Made by a program: the position numbers and the translations under genes. From Lachnospiraceae bacterium UBA1721 (lineage in GTDB: Bacteria > Bacillota > Clostridia > Lachnospirales > Lachnospiraceae), in NCBI GenBank assembly GCA_002317155.1, contig DCIR01000012.1, positions 23,976-87,975 of the forward strand: a stretch of DNA of 64,000 nt, given 5' to 3'. The notes beneath the pieces were generated by a model. The model worked only from the letters and a program-made list of their open reading frames with translations. It was not told where the DNA came from and ran no database searches. Positions 20,349 through 29,505 of this stretch are shown here, piece by piece. Each line of letters opens with the position of its first letter. The stretch's first letter is position 1.

Positions 20349-21659
20349 TTATTCTGCCGAATTCCACACACACATCAGCTTGTACAGAGCATCATAATCC
20401 TTCCCGGCGATTGTCTCCATGCTCGAATGCATAGCCAGCATAGGCATTCCGAGATCAGCTGCCGGTATCGGTAAAAATGAACTTTCTATAGGTCCCAAAG
20501 TCTGTCCGCCCGGTGTTCCGGAACGATTAGCCTGAACCTGAAGCATTATATCATACTTTGCACAGAGTTGTTTTAATATTCCGCTCATACCCGAATCAGA
20601 CACATATCTTTGTGACGCACTTGTTTTAAGAACAATACCTTTTCCGAGATATGCTTTTGAAGTTTCATCAGCCTTTTCAGGATAATTAGGATGCACCGCA
20701 TGTGCTCCGTCTACAGAAAGCATTGCACTGTGTGAAAGTGCCGCAAGCTTATCAACATTCTTAAATGCATCAGCTGCAAATATACGGTCTATTATCCAGC
20801 TAAATATCATAGAATCAGCGCCCTGCTTGGTTCTGCTGCCTATTTCTTCATTGTCAAACAATGCAATGATACTCAGCTCATTATTATCTTCTGCATTCTC
20901 ATTTTCAGAATCAATAAGTCCCTGCACCAATGCAGCCACAGAACCCACATTATCAATTCTTGACGCAAGTACAAAATCCTTATTCGCACCACATACGCAG
21001 GGCTTCTCGCATACATACAGATTCAAATCATAATCCAATATGTCTTCTGCTGATACTCCCGCCTTGGCTGCAAGCAGACTTTTAAGACTATTCTCTCCAT
21101 TGTCTGCCACTGCGCTTCCATCCAGATTGCAGATAGGAATCAGCTCCTTCTGTGCATCAATCTTTTTCTCCTCGATTTCTCTGTCCATATGAGGAGCCAG
21201 GGATGGAATAATGAACCAGGGTTCATCACTGTCAAAGGCTATTTTTTTAGGTGCAAAAATGCTCTCACCTTTAAGCACAAGTTCTCCCGCAACTCCAAGA
21301 GGACGGTCAAACCATGTTCTCTTAAGCGCACCTCCATAAGGCTCGACATTGATTCTGTTGATACCTGCTCTCGCACCCATATCAGCCACAGGCTTAATCT
21401 TAAAGCTCGGTGAATCTGTATGAGCGCACGCAATGTGCATCTTACCGCTATTTATTCGTTTTCCAACCTTAAATGCGAAAAGAAGAGACTCATAGGGAGT
21501 ACAATAATATTTACCCTCGGCGCTAAGTTCAAATCGCTTATCAAAATCAAGCTTTTCAAAACCTGCTGCCGCAAGTCTTTCTTCTGCATATTTAACAACA
21601 TGAACGGGACTCTTGGCAGCTTCAAGATAGCCAAACAGTTCCTTCAACTTATCAGTCAT
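20349..21659 (-). CDS. M18 family aminopeptidase
   Basis: AHTDSP, RIDN, DNEEIGS, DGAHAVHPNY, MHS. Likely start 21659. Confidence 0.93.
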   Translation of the reverse strand: MTDKLKELFGYLEAAKSPVHVVKYAEERLAAAGFEKLDFDKRFELSAEGKYYCTPYESLLFAFKVGKRINSGKMHIACAHTDSPSFKIKPVADMGARAGINRINVEPYGGALKRTWFDRPLGVAGELVLKGESIFAPKKIAFDSDEPWFIIPSLAPHMDREIEEKKIDAQKELIPICNLDGSAVADNGENSLKSLLAAKAGVSAEDILDYDLNLYVCEKPCVCGANKDFVLASRIDNVGSVAALVQGLIDSENENAEDNNELSIIALFDNEEIGSRTKQGADSMIFSWIIDRIFAADAFKNVDKLAALSHSAMLSVDGAHAVHPNYPEKADETSKAYLGKGIVLKTSASQRYVSDSGMSGILKQLCAKYDIMLQVQANRSGTPGGQTLGPIESSFLPIPAADLGMPMLAMHSSMETIAGKDYDALYKLMCVWNSAE

Positions 21660-21675
21660 AAGTCCACTCTCCAAA

Positions 21676-23496
21676 TCATAAAGCTTCGTATGTAAATTCC
21701 TCATGCAAAGCATCATACATAATCATCTGATCCTGTCCGTCAACATTACGATGCTCTTCGATTACACGAGCTATCCTTCCGTCTTCTAAGCTAAAATCCA
21801 CATAAGAACGTGCTGCACGTCTGGGGACTCTCAAACGATTGAACTTGGTACCTGCAGGTATTTTGACAATATTACATTTCTCCATGCTAATGTCTACATT
21901 GTCCTCCTGAACAGGAACTATCCATACATTAATATCATTCTCGCTACTGAATGCAAATAACTCTTCAGCGAACTCTTCGTCGATATAATAGTAATTTTCT
22001 CCGGTCTCAGTAAGCTGTGGCTTAACTAAATTGTTAAGATGGTACTCCGCAGTAGTAACAACCGGTCCCAAACAGTTAATTGCTCTCTTAAGCATAAGCT
22101 GAGTAGGATCAAGTACTTCCCCTCGCTCATATATGATTCCGACATTAATGTTCTCCATAGATACATTTCCGTTTCTGTGCAGACGGAATGCACTTATGGG
22201 AGCCACACTGTAATCTTCATCGTTGGCAACAAGCCACAATGCATCCACATCATCAAAATGAATAAAGAGAACATCTCGGCTAGCCTGCTTTAACACACTG
22301 CCGATATCCTTCTTTCTGTTGCCCCAAATCAGGAACTCATCCTCATGAAGAAGTTCATCTGTTGTAACCTTAAGATGTATAGCCTCTTCACCATGCTTGA
22401 CCGAATACAGTATGTCACTGTCAATCTGCATCATAAATGCTTTAGGCAACGAGTCACAATCTATTACTATTGCCTTATCCTTGGATCTGCCCATTGAGCT
22501 GAATATTTTCTGGTCGTTTTTCGCCTTTTCTCCAAGCTGATTCTCGATCTCATCATACTGTGCTTCAGCATGCTTAAGCTGTCTGTACAGGGTATCCATT
22601 CCAAACATCTCAGACAAAGTCATTGCAAGCTTACTGCCGGAATTGATAAACACCTTCCATAGATTACTTATTCCATACAGAACAAGTACTACTCCCAATA
22701 TTAGATACTCACGCATAAATGCAATCAGAGCCGCACCGACAATTATAAATAATATTCCCGGGAAAATACGACCATGCATTCTGTTTATTGATTTTTGAAT
22801 TCTCTCGATTCTTCTGATTGCTATATCTCGCTCATGCTCGAGATTGACATATTTTTTCTTGGCAGGTTTATTATAAACGCGTATAAGTCCATCCGGGCCC
22901 GCCTCAGCATTACTATCACTACGTGCTGCCAGTGCCTCTTCATCAATATATCTGACCTTAAAGCTTCCAAAAAATCCGGCAAGTGAAACCAATGTCAGTA
23001 ATATTGCCAAAAGGCATCTGTTCATTGCAGCATTATCTACTGTCTGCTCAATCTCAAATCCCTTGATAACACAGTTAGGATCCAAACCGGCATATTCATA
23101 AGCCTCTGTAGCAAATGAACTTCTTCTTTTTACCACCTTGCCGATGAATGATATAGTCTCATTACCGTCTTCTTTGAAATATTCAAGTTCTGTCTTCAGC
23201 GGAATCTCGTGTACACCTATCTCTATATATTCATTTTCCTGCAGCTTAACTACAAAATACTGATAATCGTACAGATAATTCACTCCCAGAAATTCGCCTG
23301 TACTAGCCTCGTACTCACTTATATTCACGCTGACATATGTATTTGCTTTGAGATTGTCCGCCCGTAAATAAGACATATCCAGCGGATGCATATAGTTACG
23401 CCAATCCTGTCCGAAAATAAATGAAAAATATGCGCCGGCCAGAAATGCAATGGCATACACTATTGTTTTTACTGACATTGAAATCTTTTTTTTCAT
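21676..23496 (-). CDS. Hypothetical multi-domain membrane protein (606 aa)
   Basis: Long ORF with about 4 TM segments and a ~290-aa soluble C-terminal region; no family recognised. Confidence 0.75.
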   Translation of the reverse strand: MKKKISMSVKTIVYAIAFLAGAYFSFIFGQDWRNYMHPLDMSYLRADNLKANTYVSVNISEYEASTGEFLGVNYLYDYQYFVVKLQENEYIEIGVHEIPLKTELEYFKEDGNETISFIGKVVKRRSSFATEAYEYAGLDPNCVIKGFEIEQTVDNAAMNRCLLAILLTLVSLAGFFGSFKVRYIDEEALAARSDSNAEAGPDGLIRVYNKPAKKKYVNLEHERDIAIRRIERIQKSINRMHGRIFPGILFIIVGAALIAFMREYLILGVVLVLYGISNLWKVFINSGSKLAMTLSEMFGMDTLYRQLKHAEAQYDEIENQLGEKAKNDQKIFSSMGRSKDKAIVIDCDSLPKAFMMQIDSDILYSVKHGEEAIHLKVTTDELLHEDEFLIWGNRKKDIGSVLKQASRDVLFIHFDDVDALWLVANDEDYSVAPISAFRLHRNGNVSMENINVGIIYERGEVLDPTQLMLKRAINCLGPVVTTAEYHLNNLVKPQLTETGENYYYIDEEFAEELFAFSSENDINVWIVPVQEDNVDISMEKCNIVKIPAGTKFNRLRVPRRAARSYVDFSLEDGRIARVIEEHRNVDGQDQMIMYDALHEEFTYEAL

Positions 23497-23548
23497 AAGT
23501 CCCCATCATATTTTGGTACTAATATTGATATACTAAAGATACAGACAT

Positions 23549-24544
23549 CTACTCTATGCCGAGATATTTTTTCAGTTCAGGCATTATAGCCAACGCATCA
23601 TTATATCCCTCGTAATAAAGAGTTCCCAATTTTTCCATATCTTTTTCAAGTCTTCCGACTTCAACAGCCTTGCCGGGAATAATCTGGAAAAGCTTACCCT
23701 GCTCTTCCATCTCCTCGATAATATCGCACTCTTTGTTGTACTCAAGGTTACTGTTGCGAAGTGTCTCGGCAAACTGAGGATACTTGCGATATACAAGTGC
23801 CTGTGATCTAACAATCTTAGGCTTCTTGCGATACTCTCTGTCTCTGGTTCGTACAACAACAATTTTATCGAAGCCACCATCTATCGCAAACTGAATAGGA
23901 ATTCTTCGGCTTACACCACCATCGAGGCATTTTTCTCCATCCACCTCTACGGGAAGAGACAAAATCTGCATTGCAGATGATGCTCTGCAGGCCTCAATAA
24001 TATCGGGGCATATACCTTTCTCATAGTAAACCTGCTGCCCGTTATCACAGCTGGTTGCAGCCGCAATAAATCTTCTGTCGGGTCTGTTAAAAGTATCAAA
24101 GTCAAAAGGATCCTTGGCGTCAACCACATCAAATACAAACTTAAATCCGTATATACTCTTATTTCTCTTAATTGCCCTGACACCAAAATATCGGGGGTCA
24201 TGTCTGTATGTGAGCGTAATTCTCGCACTACGACCTATCTGACCCGACACATAATTAAGTCCATTAAGTGCACCCGCAGATACACCGACGACCACAGATA
24301 AGTTAATATCATTCTCCATGAGCGCATCAAGTACACCACTTGTATACACACCTCTGAGCGCACCGCCCTCAAGCACAAGGCATCCCTGCGTGATCTTATC
24401 AGAAGCTCTTCCGTTCGGTAATTCAGCAAGACCTGAAAAAACTTTCTTCTCTTTTCTGGCCTTATCTCTTCGCTTCATTCTTTTTCTTATATAACTGGTA
24501 ATCTTATTACCCTTCTTTTCTTCTGTCATAACATTTTTCGTCAT
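23549..24544 (-). CDS. Patatin-like phospholipase
   Basis: EGGALRG, GVSAG (GxSxG), DGG. Confidence 0.92.
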   Translation of the reverse strand: MTKNVMTEEKKGNKITSYIRKRMKRRDKARKEKKVFSGLAELPNGRASDKITQGCLVLEGGALRGVYTSGVLDALMENDINLSVVVGVSAGALNGLNYVSGQIGRSARITLTYRHDPRYFGVRAIKRNKSIYGFKFVFDVVDAKDPFDFDTFNRPDRRFIAAATSCDNGQQVYYEKGICPDIIEACRASSAMQILSLPVEVDGEKCLDGGVSRRIPIQFAIDGGFDKIVVVRTRDREYRKKPKIVRSQALVYRKYPQFAETLRNSNLEYNKECDIIEEMEEQGKLFQIIPGKAVEVGRLEKDMEKLGTLYYEGYNDALAIMPELKKYLGIE

Positions 24545-24615
24545 AATGATTTAATGCCACAATCCCCTCATATTTTATCATTAACTAATATATTATAACT
24601 CAAAATCCAATAAAA

Positions 24616-24639
24616 AAGAATCTCGTTTACGAGATTCTT
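24616..24639 (-). terminator. Second hairpin downstream of the tRNA
   Basis: AAGAATCTCG-TTTA-CGAGATTCTT, U-tract on the minus strand. Confidence 0.7.
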
Positions 24640-24651
24640 CAACCACAAAAA

Positions 24652-24687
24652 AAATCCTAGAAACCTTAATTTAGGTATCTAGGATTT
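24652..24687 (-). terminator. tRNA terminator
   Basis: AAATCCTAGA...TCTAGGATTT, followed by a T run on the minus strand immediately 3' of the tRNA. Confidence 0.8.
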
Positions 24688-24692
24688 ATGCG

Positions 24693-24767
24693 TCGGAGTG
24701 ACAAGATTCGAACTTGCGGCCTCCGCCTCCCTAAGACGGCGCTCTAACCAAACTGAGCCACACCCCG
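24693..24767 (-). tRNA. tRNA-Pro, anticodon AGG (CCA not encoded)
   Basis: CGGGGTG TG GCTC AGTTTGGTTA GAGC G CCGTC TTAGGGA GGCGG AGGCC GCAAG TTCGAAT CTTGT CACTCCG A. Full cloverleaf with C1-G72, A73, G37; loop U32 U33 A34 G35 G36. Confidence 0.93.
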
Positions 24768-24822
24768 TGACAACGTTGATATATTATCACGGTATAAGAT
24801 TTTGGTCAAGCACTTTTTTAAA

Positions 24823-26784
24823 TTATTTATCCATAATCTTTCGGCGTTTGTCTTTATTGTAAGATGAACCGTCCAATCTTACATCTTTGACAGCCTTTTT
24901 AAGCTCGCGCCTGCTCTGCTCACGATTCTTTTCCTTGATGCTTTTCCTTGCATCCTTGGTAAGCCTTGAAGTGTCGCTGTCAGCATTTCTTCTCTGTCTT
25001 CTTCCAAGATTCTCACCATCGCGGTCTCTTCTGAAGCCACGCTTGTCATCACGTATAGCATCACCGCGACTCCTTCTTCCGTCAGCTTCCTTACTGCCAC
25101 GGCCTACACCTCGGTCTTCTCTACGACTATCGCGCATGCCGCCGCGATCTCCACGACCTTCACTGCGTCTGTCTCCACGGCCATCCTTGCGTTCAGAGCG
25201 TCCGTCCTTACGTCCGTCTCCACGACCGCCATTTCTGTCACCACGACCTTCACCGCGGCCACTACGTCCACTTCTTCCACCCTCGGAATACTCAAGCATG
25301 TCACTTCCGGAGAATCTGCTTGCGCGAGATCTTCTGTCATGCTTAGGCTTATCGGCAAGATTGATCTCCGGCTCTTCCTCTCCATCTGAAGCTGACAAGC
25401 TTCCCAGTTCCTTTATAAGGAATGAAGCCGCAAATTTCTCCACATCAATCTCATTCTTCTCACAAAAAACTCTGAGAACTTTTACCATCTTATCAATAGC
25501 AGTGCTGGGCGTGGTGGTATCCACATAGCCTTCAGCTTCATTTTGTAATGCTGCTGCCTGCGCCGCTTCTTTAGCTTCCGCACACTGTGCCTTGTATACC
25601 TCTAAGATATTGTTAAGCACCTTAAGCTCACGCGCTTTTTTTATCTCGCCTGCACCCGGAATTTTTTTCTCTTCCATCTTAGTGTGACAAACAGCTTCAA
25701 TATCTCTGATTCTTCTAAAATCCTTGCTTCTGCAAAGTGTATGTGATGTACCTTCTTTTCCGCTTCTTCCGGTTCTTCCGATACGATGCACATAATGCTC
25801 TGTCTCAAGAGGTATGTCATAGTTAAATACCGCTTCGACATTATCTACATCAATACCTCTTGCCGCAATATCCGTTGCAATAAGTATGCTTAAGCTTCCG
25901 CTTCTGAAGCGTCCCATAACCGAATCTCTCTGCTTCTGAGTCAGGTCACCGTGAAGTCCTGCCGCTGCATATCCTTCATTTACAAGATAAGCTGCCAGCT
26001 CATCAACCATCCCCTTGGTATTGCAGAAAATAATACTTCTGTTGTAATTGTAATATTTGATAAGTCTGCAGAGAGCCAAGGTCTTATATTCCTGCTTCAC
26101 AGGATAGTAATACTGCGCGATACGATCGATTGTAAGCTCTTTTTTTGTAATCTTGATATACAAAGGATCATTCTGGAACTGACCCGTGATTTTTAAGATT
26201 TCATCGGGCATAGTAGCAGAAAACAGACAGGTCTGGTGTTCCTGTTCAATTGCCCCGAGAATGACCTCCATGTCCTCACGGAAGCCCATCTTAAGCATCT
26301 CATCAGCCTCATCCAAAACAACCAGCTTAACAGAATCCATCTTGATGGTATGGCGGCGCATATGATCCATCACTCTACCGGGCGTGCCGACAATAATCTG
26401 CACCCCTTTAAGACCGCGAATTTGGATAGAGATATCCTGTCCTCCATACACAGTAAGAGTTTTTACATTATGCATATATTTTGCAAAACTTCTGATTTCG
26501 TTGGTCGCCTGAACCGCAAGTTCTCTCGTGGGACACAGTATAACTGCCTGAAGGCTCTTAACACTTGGATCCACCATCTGAAGGATAGGGAGTCCGAAAG
26601 CCGCAGTTTTACCGGTACCGGTCTGAGCCTGTCCTATTACGTCGCGGCCTGTGAGTAACGCTGGTATTGCCTGCTCCTGTATGGGGGTCAGCTTGACAAA
26701 CCCCATGTCCGCAACCGCTCTTTTTATTTCTTCATTTATATCAAGGTCCGCATAAAGGGACTCTGAGAAAGCTTCTTCTGCCAT
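24823..26784 (-). CDS. DEAD-box RNA helicase (DeaD/CshA-like) with R/G/D-rich C-terminal tail
   Basis: Q-motif, AQTGTGKT, PTRELA, TPGR, DEAD, SAT, ARGID, HRIGRTGR. Confidence 0.95.
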   Translation of the reverse strand: MAEEAFSESLYADLDINEEIKRAVADMGFVKLTPIQEQAIPALLTGRDVIGQAQTGTGKTAAFGLPILQMVDPSVKSLQAVILCPTRELAVQATNEIRSFAKYMHNVKTLTVYGGQDISIQIRGLKGVQIIVGTPGRVMDHMRRHTIKMDSVKLVVLDEADEMLKMGFREDMEVILGAIEQEHQTCLFSATMPDEILKITGQFQNDPLYIKITKKELTIDRIAQYYYPVKQEYKTLALCRLIKYYNYNRSIIFCNTKGMVDELAAYLVNEGYAAAGLHGDLTQKQRDSVMGRFRSGSLSILIATDIAARGIDVDNVEAVFNYDIPLETEHYVHRIGRTGRSGKEGTSHTLCRSKDFRRIRDIEAVCHTKMEEKKIPGAGEIKKARELKVLNNILEVYKAQCAEAKEAAQAAALQNEAEGYVDTTTPSTAIDKMVKVLRVFCEKNEIDVEKFAASFLIKELGSLSASDGEEEPEINLADKPKHDRRSRASRFSGSDMLEYSEGGRSGRSGRGEGRGDRNGGRGDGRKDGRSERKDGRGDRRSEGRGDRGGMRDSRREDRGVGRGSKEADGRRSRGDAIRDDKRGFRRDRDGENLGRRQRRNADSDTSRLTKDARKSIKEKNREQSRRELKKAVKDVRLDGSSYNKDKRRKIMDK

Positions 26785-26844
26785 TAACTCCTCACATTCA
26801 CATTATTATTCTTAATTATTTTAAGCTTAATGCCGTATAAATTT

Positions 26845-28077
26845 CTATTCAGATCTAACTTCATATGACCATTTCTTACTGTCATAATCATAATCATAAG
26901 TGAAATATATAGTTTCATTAGTAAAAATATACTCTCTACTCTCTATTTCACGGCCATACTCATCCAGGAAAAATGTCCACACATCTCCGTTTTGAACATC
27001 AGCATTATACTGCTCATCATAAGAAGTGTAATGCCTGCGATAAATAATATTATTCTCTCTGTCATACTCATTTATGAACAAAAAGTAACTAACAGAACCA
27101 TCATAATAAACATACTTCTCTTCTTCTCTCACAAGACATGAAAATTCATCATATGTATAACTTATATAATCTATATAATCTGCCTTAATAAAAACTTCCC
27201 TTACACGCTTCTTATTTTCATAATAAGCCTCGCAAGCCTCACTTCTATGATATTCCAAATATCCGTCATCATCATACAATACAGTAAATTCATCCGATTC
27301 AAAATCAACATTAAACTGTTCGGGATTTCCCTCTAACTCATAGTATATCTTATTGAATTCTACATAATCATCAGCGAAGAAATTGTAATAAAAGAAATAG
27401 AAGTTGAGCATCATACCTACAATTTCCTTTTTCTTTTCAGTATCATGTCCGTTATCTATATATTCACGTGCTTGAGCAAATAATTTCTCATATATGTCAT
27501 ATGAATTAAAATACAAGCATGAAGGTCTCATCTGACCGCATAATGCAGTAATCTCCTTATACCATTCGCCATAGGCAATCTCATCATCCAAATAGTACTC
27601 ATCCCAAACATCATTAATCGGCCCATTACTATTACTATTATTATTGTAAGTTTCATTACCACCGGTGACTTCTTCCGCACCACCCGAAACACTATCCACA
27701 AAATCAGGATACTCTTCACTCAGGTTATCTATTGCTTCCTTAATCTCCTCGGCTTCAGTAACCTCATATCCTGCATTCAAAATCTCAAATGCATCAGCAA
27801 CTCTATCCACCTCCACATATATCTCAGCAAGTTCGATATACGCTTTAACATTTTTAGGATCTATCTCAATAATATCTAAATATGTCGCGATTGCCTGCTC
27901 ATAATTCATCTCTGAAAGATATTTTTCTGCAGTCTTATGCAAACGATTAACTTTTGCAGATGTACCATTGGCTACAATCACGCACACAATAACTATCGCC
28001 GCAACAGCAATAATCAATGCAATAATAACCGGTATAAATCTTGTCTTTTTCTTTTCCGTTTTTAATTTTTCTTCCAT
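26845..28077 (-). CDS. Membrane-anchored TPR protein with Tyr/acid-rich C-terminal region
   Basis: N-terminal TM, TPR (YEQAIATYLDIIEIDPKNVKAY), YD-like motifs in the C-terminus. Confidence 0.75.
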   Translation of the reverse strand: MEEKLKTEKKKTRFIPVIIALIIAVAAIVIVCVIVANGTSAKVNRLHKTAEKYLSEMNYEQAIATYLDIIEIDPKNVKAYIELAEIYVEVDRVADAFEILNAGYEVTEAEEIKEAIDNLSEEYPDFVDSVSGGAEEVTGGNETYNNNSNSNGPINDVWDEYYLDDEIAYGEWYKEITALCGQMRPSCLYFNSYDIYEKLFAQAREYIDNGHDTEKKKEIVGMMLNFYFFYYNFFADDYVEFNKIYYELEGNPEQFNVDFESDEFTVLYDDDGYLEYHRSEACEAYYENKKRVREVFIKADYIDYISYTYDEFSCLVREEEKYVYYDGSVSYFLFINEYDRENNIIYRRHYTSYDEQYNADVQNGDVWTFFLDEYGREIESREYIFTNETIYFTYDYDYDSKKWSYEVRSE

Positions 28078-28154
28078 AGATTGCCCACTCTCTACTTTCT
28101 ATTTTATTATTCAGCAAATCTGTTTTTCTTAGTTTTATTAATAATAAATAATAA

Positions 28155-28191
28155 AGCCTTTAGCGATTAAATCATACACACGCCAAAGGCT
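28155..28191 (-). terminator. Hairpin after map
   Basis: AGCCTTTAGCG...CGCCAAAGGCT (G-U pair on the minus strand), T-rich tail. Confidence 0.6.
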
Positions 28192-28201
28192 AAATAACAA
28201 A

Positions 28202-29077
28202 CTACCAGCTGAGGACCTCATGTCCATCCTCTGTCACCATTACCATTATCTCCCACTGAGCTGAAGGCATATGGTCTGCAGTGTATACCTCCCAACCATT
28301 TTCCTTGTTGGTGTATATCTTTTCCTTACCCATATTGACCATTGGCTCGATGGTAAACATCATACCGGGCACCAGAAGCATATCTGTTCCTGCCTTTGAA
28401 AAATATCCGCACCATGGATCCTCATGGAACTCAAGTCCGATTCCGTGTCCACCTATTTCTCTTACAACAGTATATCCTCTGTCATAACAGTAATCATGAA
28501 CTGCCTGGCTGACATCTCCTAAAAATCCCCAGGGCTGTACCTTCTCAAGGCCTGCATAAATAGCTTCCTTGGTAGTATCAACCAGCTTCTTTTTCTCAGG
28601 GCTGACATCACCGATGCAGTACATTCTGGAAGAATCTGAGAAATATCCATTTAATATAGTAGAACAGTCGCAGTTAACTATATCACCATTCTTCAGATAT
28701 ACGCCCTTGTGCGGATAACCATGGCACACCTGATCGTTAACGGATGTGCACACACTATAGGGATATCCTTCATAATTAAGAGGTGCAGGGATTGCTCCTG
28801 CTGCATATGTCACCTCGTTTACAATGTCATCAATTTTCGAAAGCTCCATGCCCTCGCAAATTTCTTTATCAAGAGTATCAAGAATCTGAACATTAACCTT
28901 GCAGCTCTTCTTAATCATCTCAATCTGCTCGGGTGTCTTGATAATGCTGTGATCCGGAACATGTGCCCCCATCATCTTGTACTTCTTTATTTTTGCATCA
29001 AAGGGTTCATGACAAGTCTTATATTTCTTACCGCTGCCACACCAGCAGGGATCGTTTCTTCCTATTTTAGGTAACAT
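28202..29077 (-). CDS. map: Methionyl aminopeptidase type I with N-terminal SEC-C motif
   Basis: GRNDPCWCGSGKKYKTCH, VCHG, DSSR, GHGIG-x2-FHE, FTIEPM. Confidence 0.95.
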   Translation of the reverse strand: MLPKIGRNDPCWCGSGKKYKTCHEPFDAKIKKYKMMGAHVPDHSIIKTPEQIEMIKKSCKVNVQILDTLDKEICEGMELSKIDDIVNEVTYAAGAIPAPLNYEGYPYSVCTSVNDQVCHGYPHKGVYLKNGDIVNCDCSTILNGYFSDSSRMYCIGDVSPEKKKLVDTTKEAIYAGLEKVQPWGFLGDVSQAVHDYCYDRGYTVVREIGGHGIGLEFHEDPWCGYFSKAGTDMLLVPGMMFTIEPMVNMGKEKIYTNKENGWEVYTADHMPSAQWEIMVMVTEDGHEVLSW

Positions 29078-29177
29078 TTCTGTCCTCTTTCCTTAATATA
29101 TTAAGCTATGCGAATTGCGACACCTATTATAGCACATATTGAAAACTTGTGTATCCATAATTAATATCCTACCACTA

Positions 29178-29216
29178 CCACTACATATTGTATTATGTGA
29201 ATACTATATCTTGTAT
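29178..29216. promoter_or_regulatory. Distal pair of NrdR-box-like palindromes
   Basis: CCACTACATATTGTAT (29178-29193) and ATACTATATCTTGTAT (29201-29216) against consensus acaCwAtATaTwGtgt. Confidence 0.6.
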
Positions 29217-29365
29217 CTGCCACAACAGCATATCTACCGAAATTGTAAATACAAATCCAGCCATATATCATTAAAAATCGCATAATTTGCCTCAATAATG
29301 GGACCAAAATCTATTGAAAAAAATAAAAATCGTAATATTGCACAAACTTTTCGCAGGATTTTTTC

Positions 29366-29413
29366 CCACAATATATAGGCTATTATTATTTACAAAGCCA
29401 CTATATGTTGTTA
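29366..29413 (+). promoter_or_regulatory. Tandem NrdR boxes upstream of nrdD
   Basis: CCACAATATATAGGCT (29366-29381) and CCACTATATGTTGTTA (29398-29413), starts 32 bp apart. Confidence 0.8.
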
Positions 29414-29505
29414 AAATAAATTCTCGTAGGCTATATGGGTAGATTTGCCCATTTTTAGCCGTCAACGTATTAAACAAATAGTTTTTTTGAGAGAGAGAGA
29501 AACAA

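Noticed and set aside
24693-24767. tRNA as an integration site
   Set aside because: No integrase and no duplicated tRNA 3' end seen in the window.
24887-25528. 213-aa Ser/Arg/Pro/Leu-rich plus-strand ORF
   Set aside because: Mirror of the helicase's repetitive R/G/D tail.
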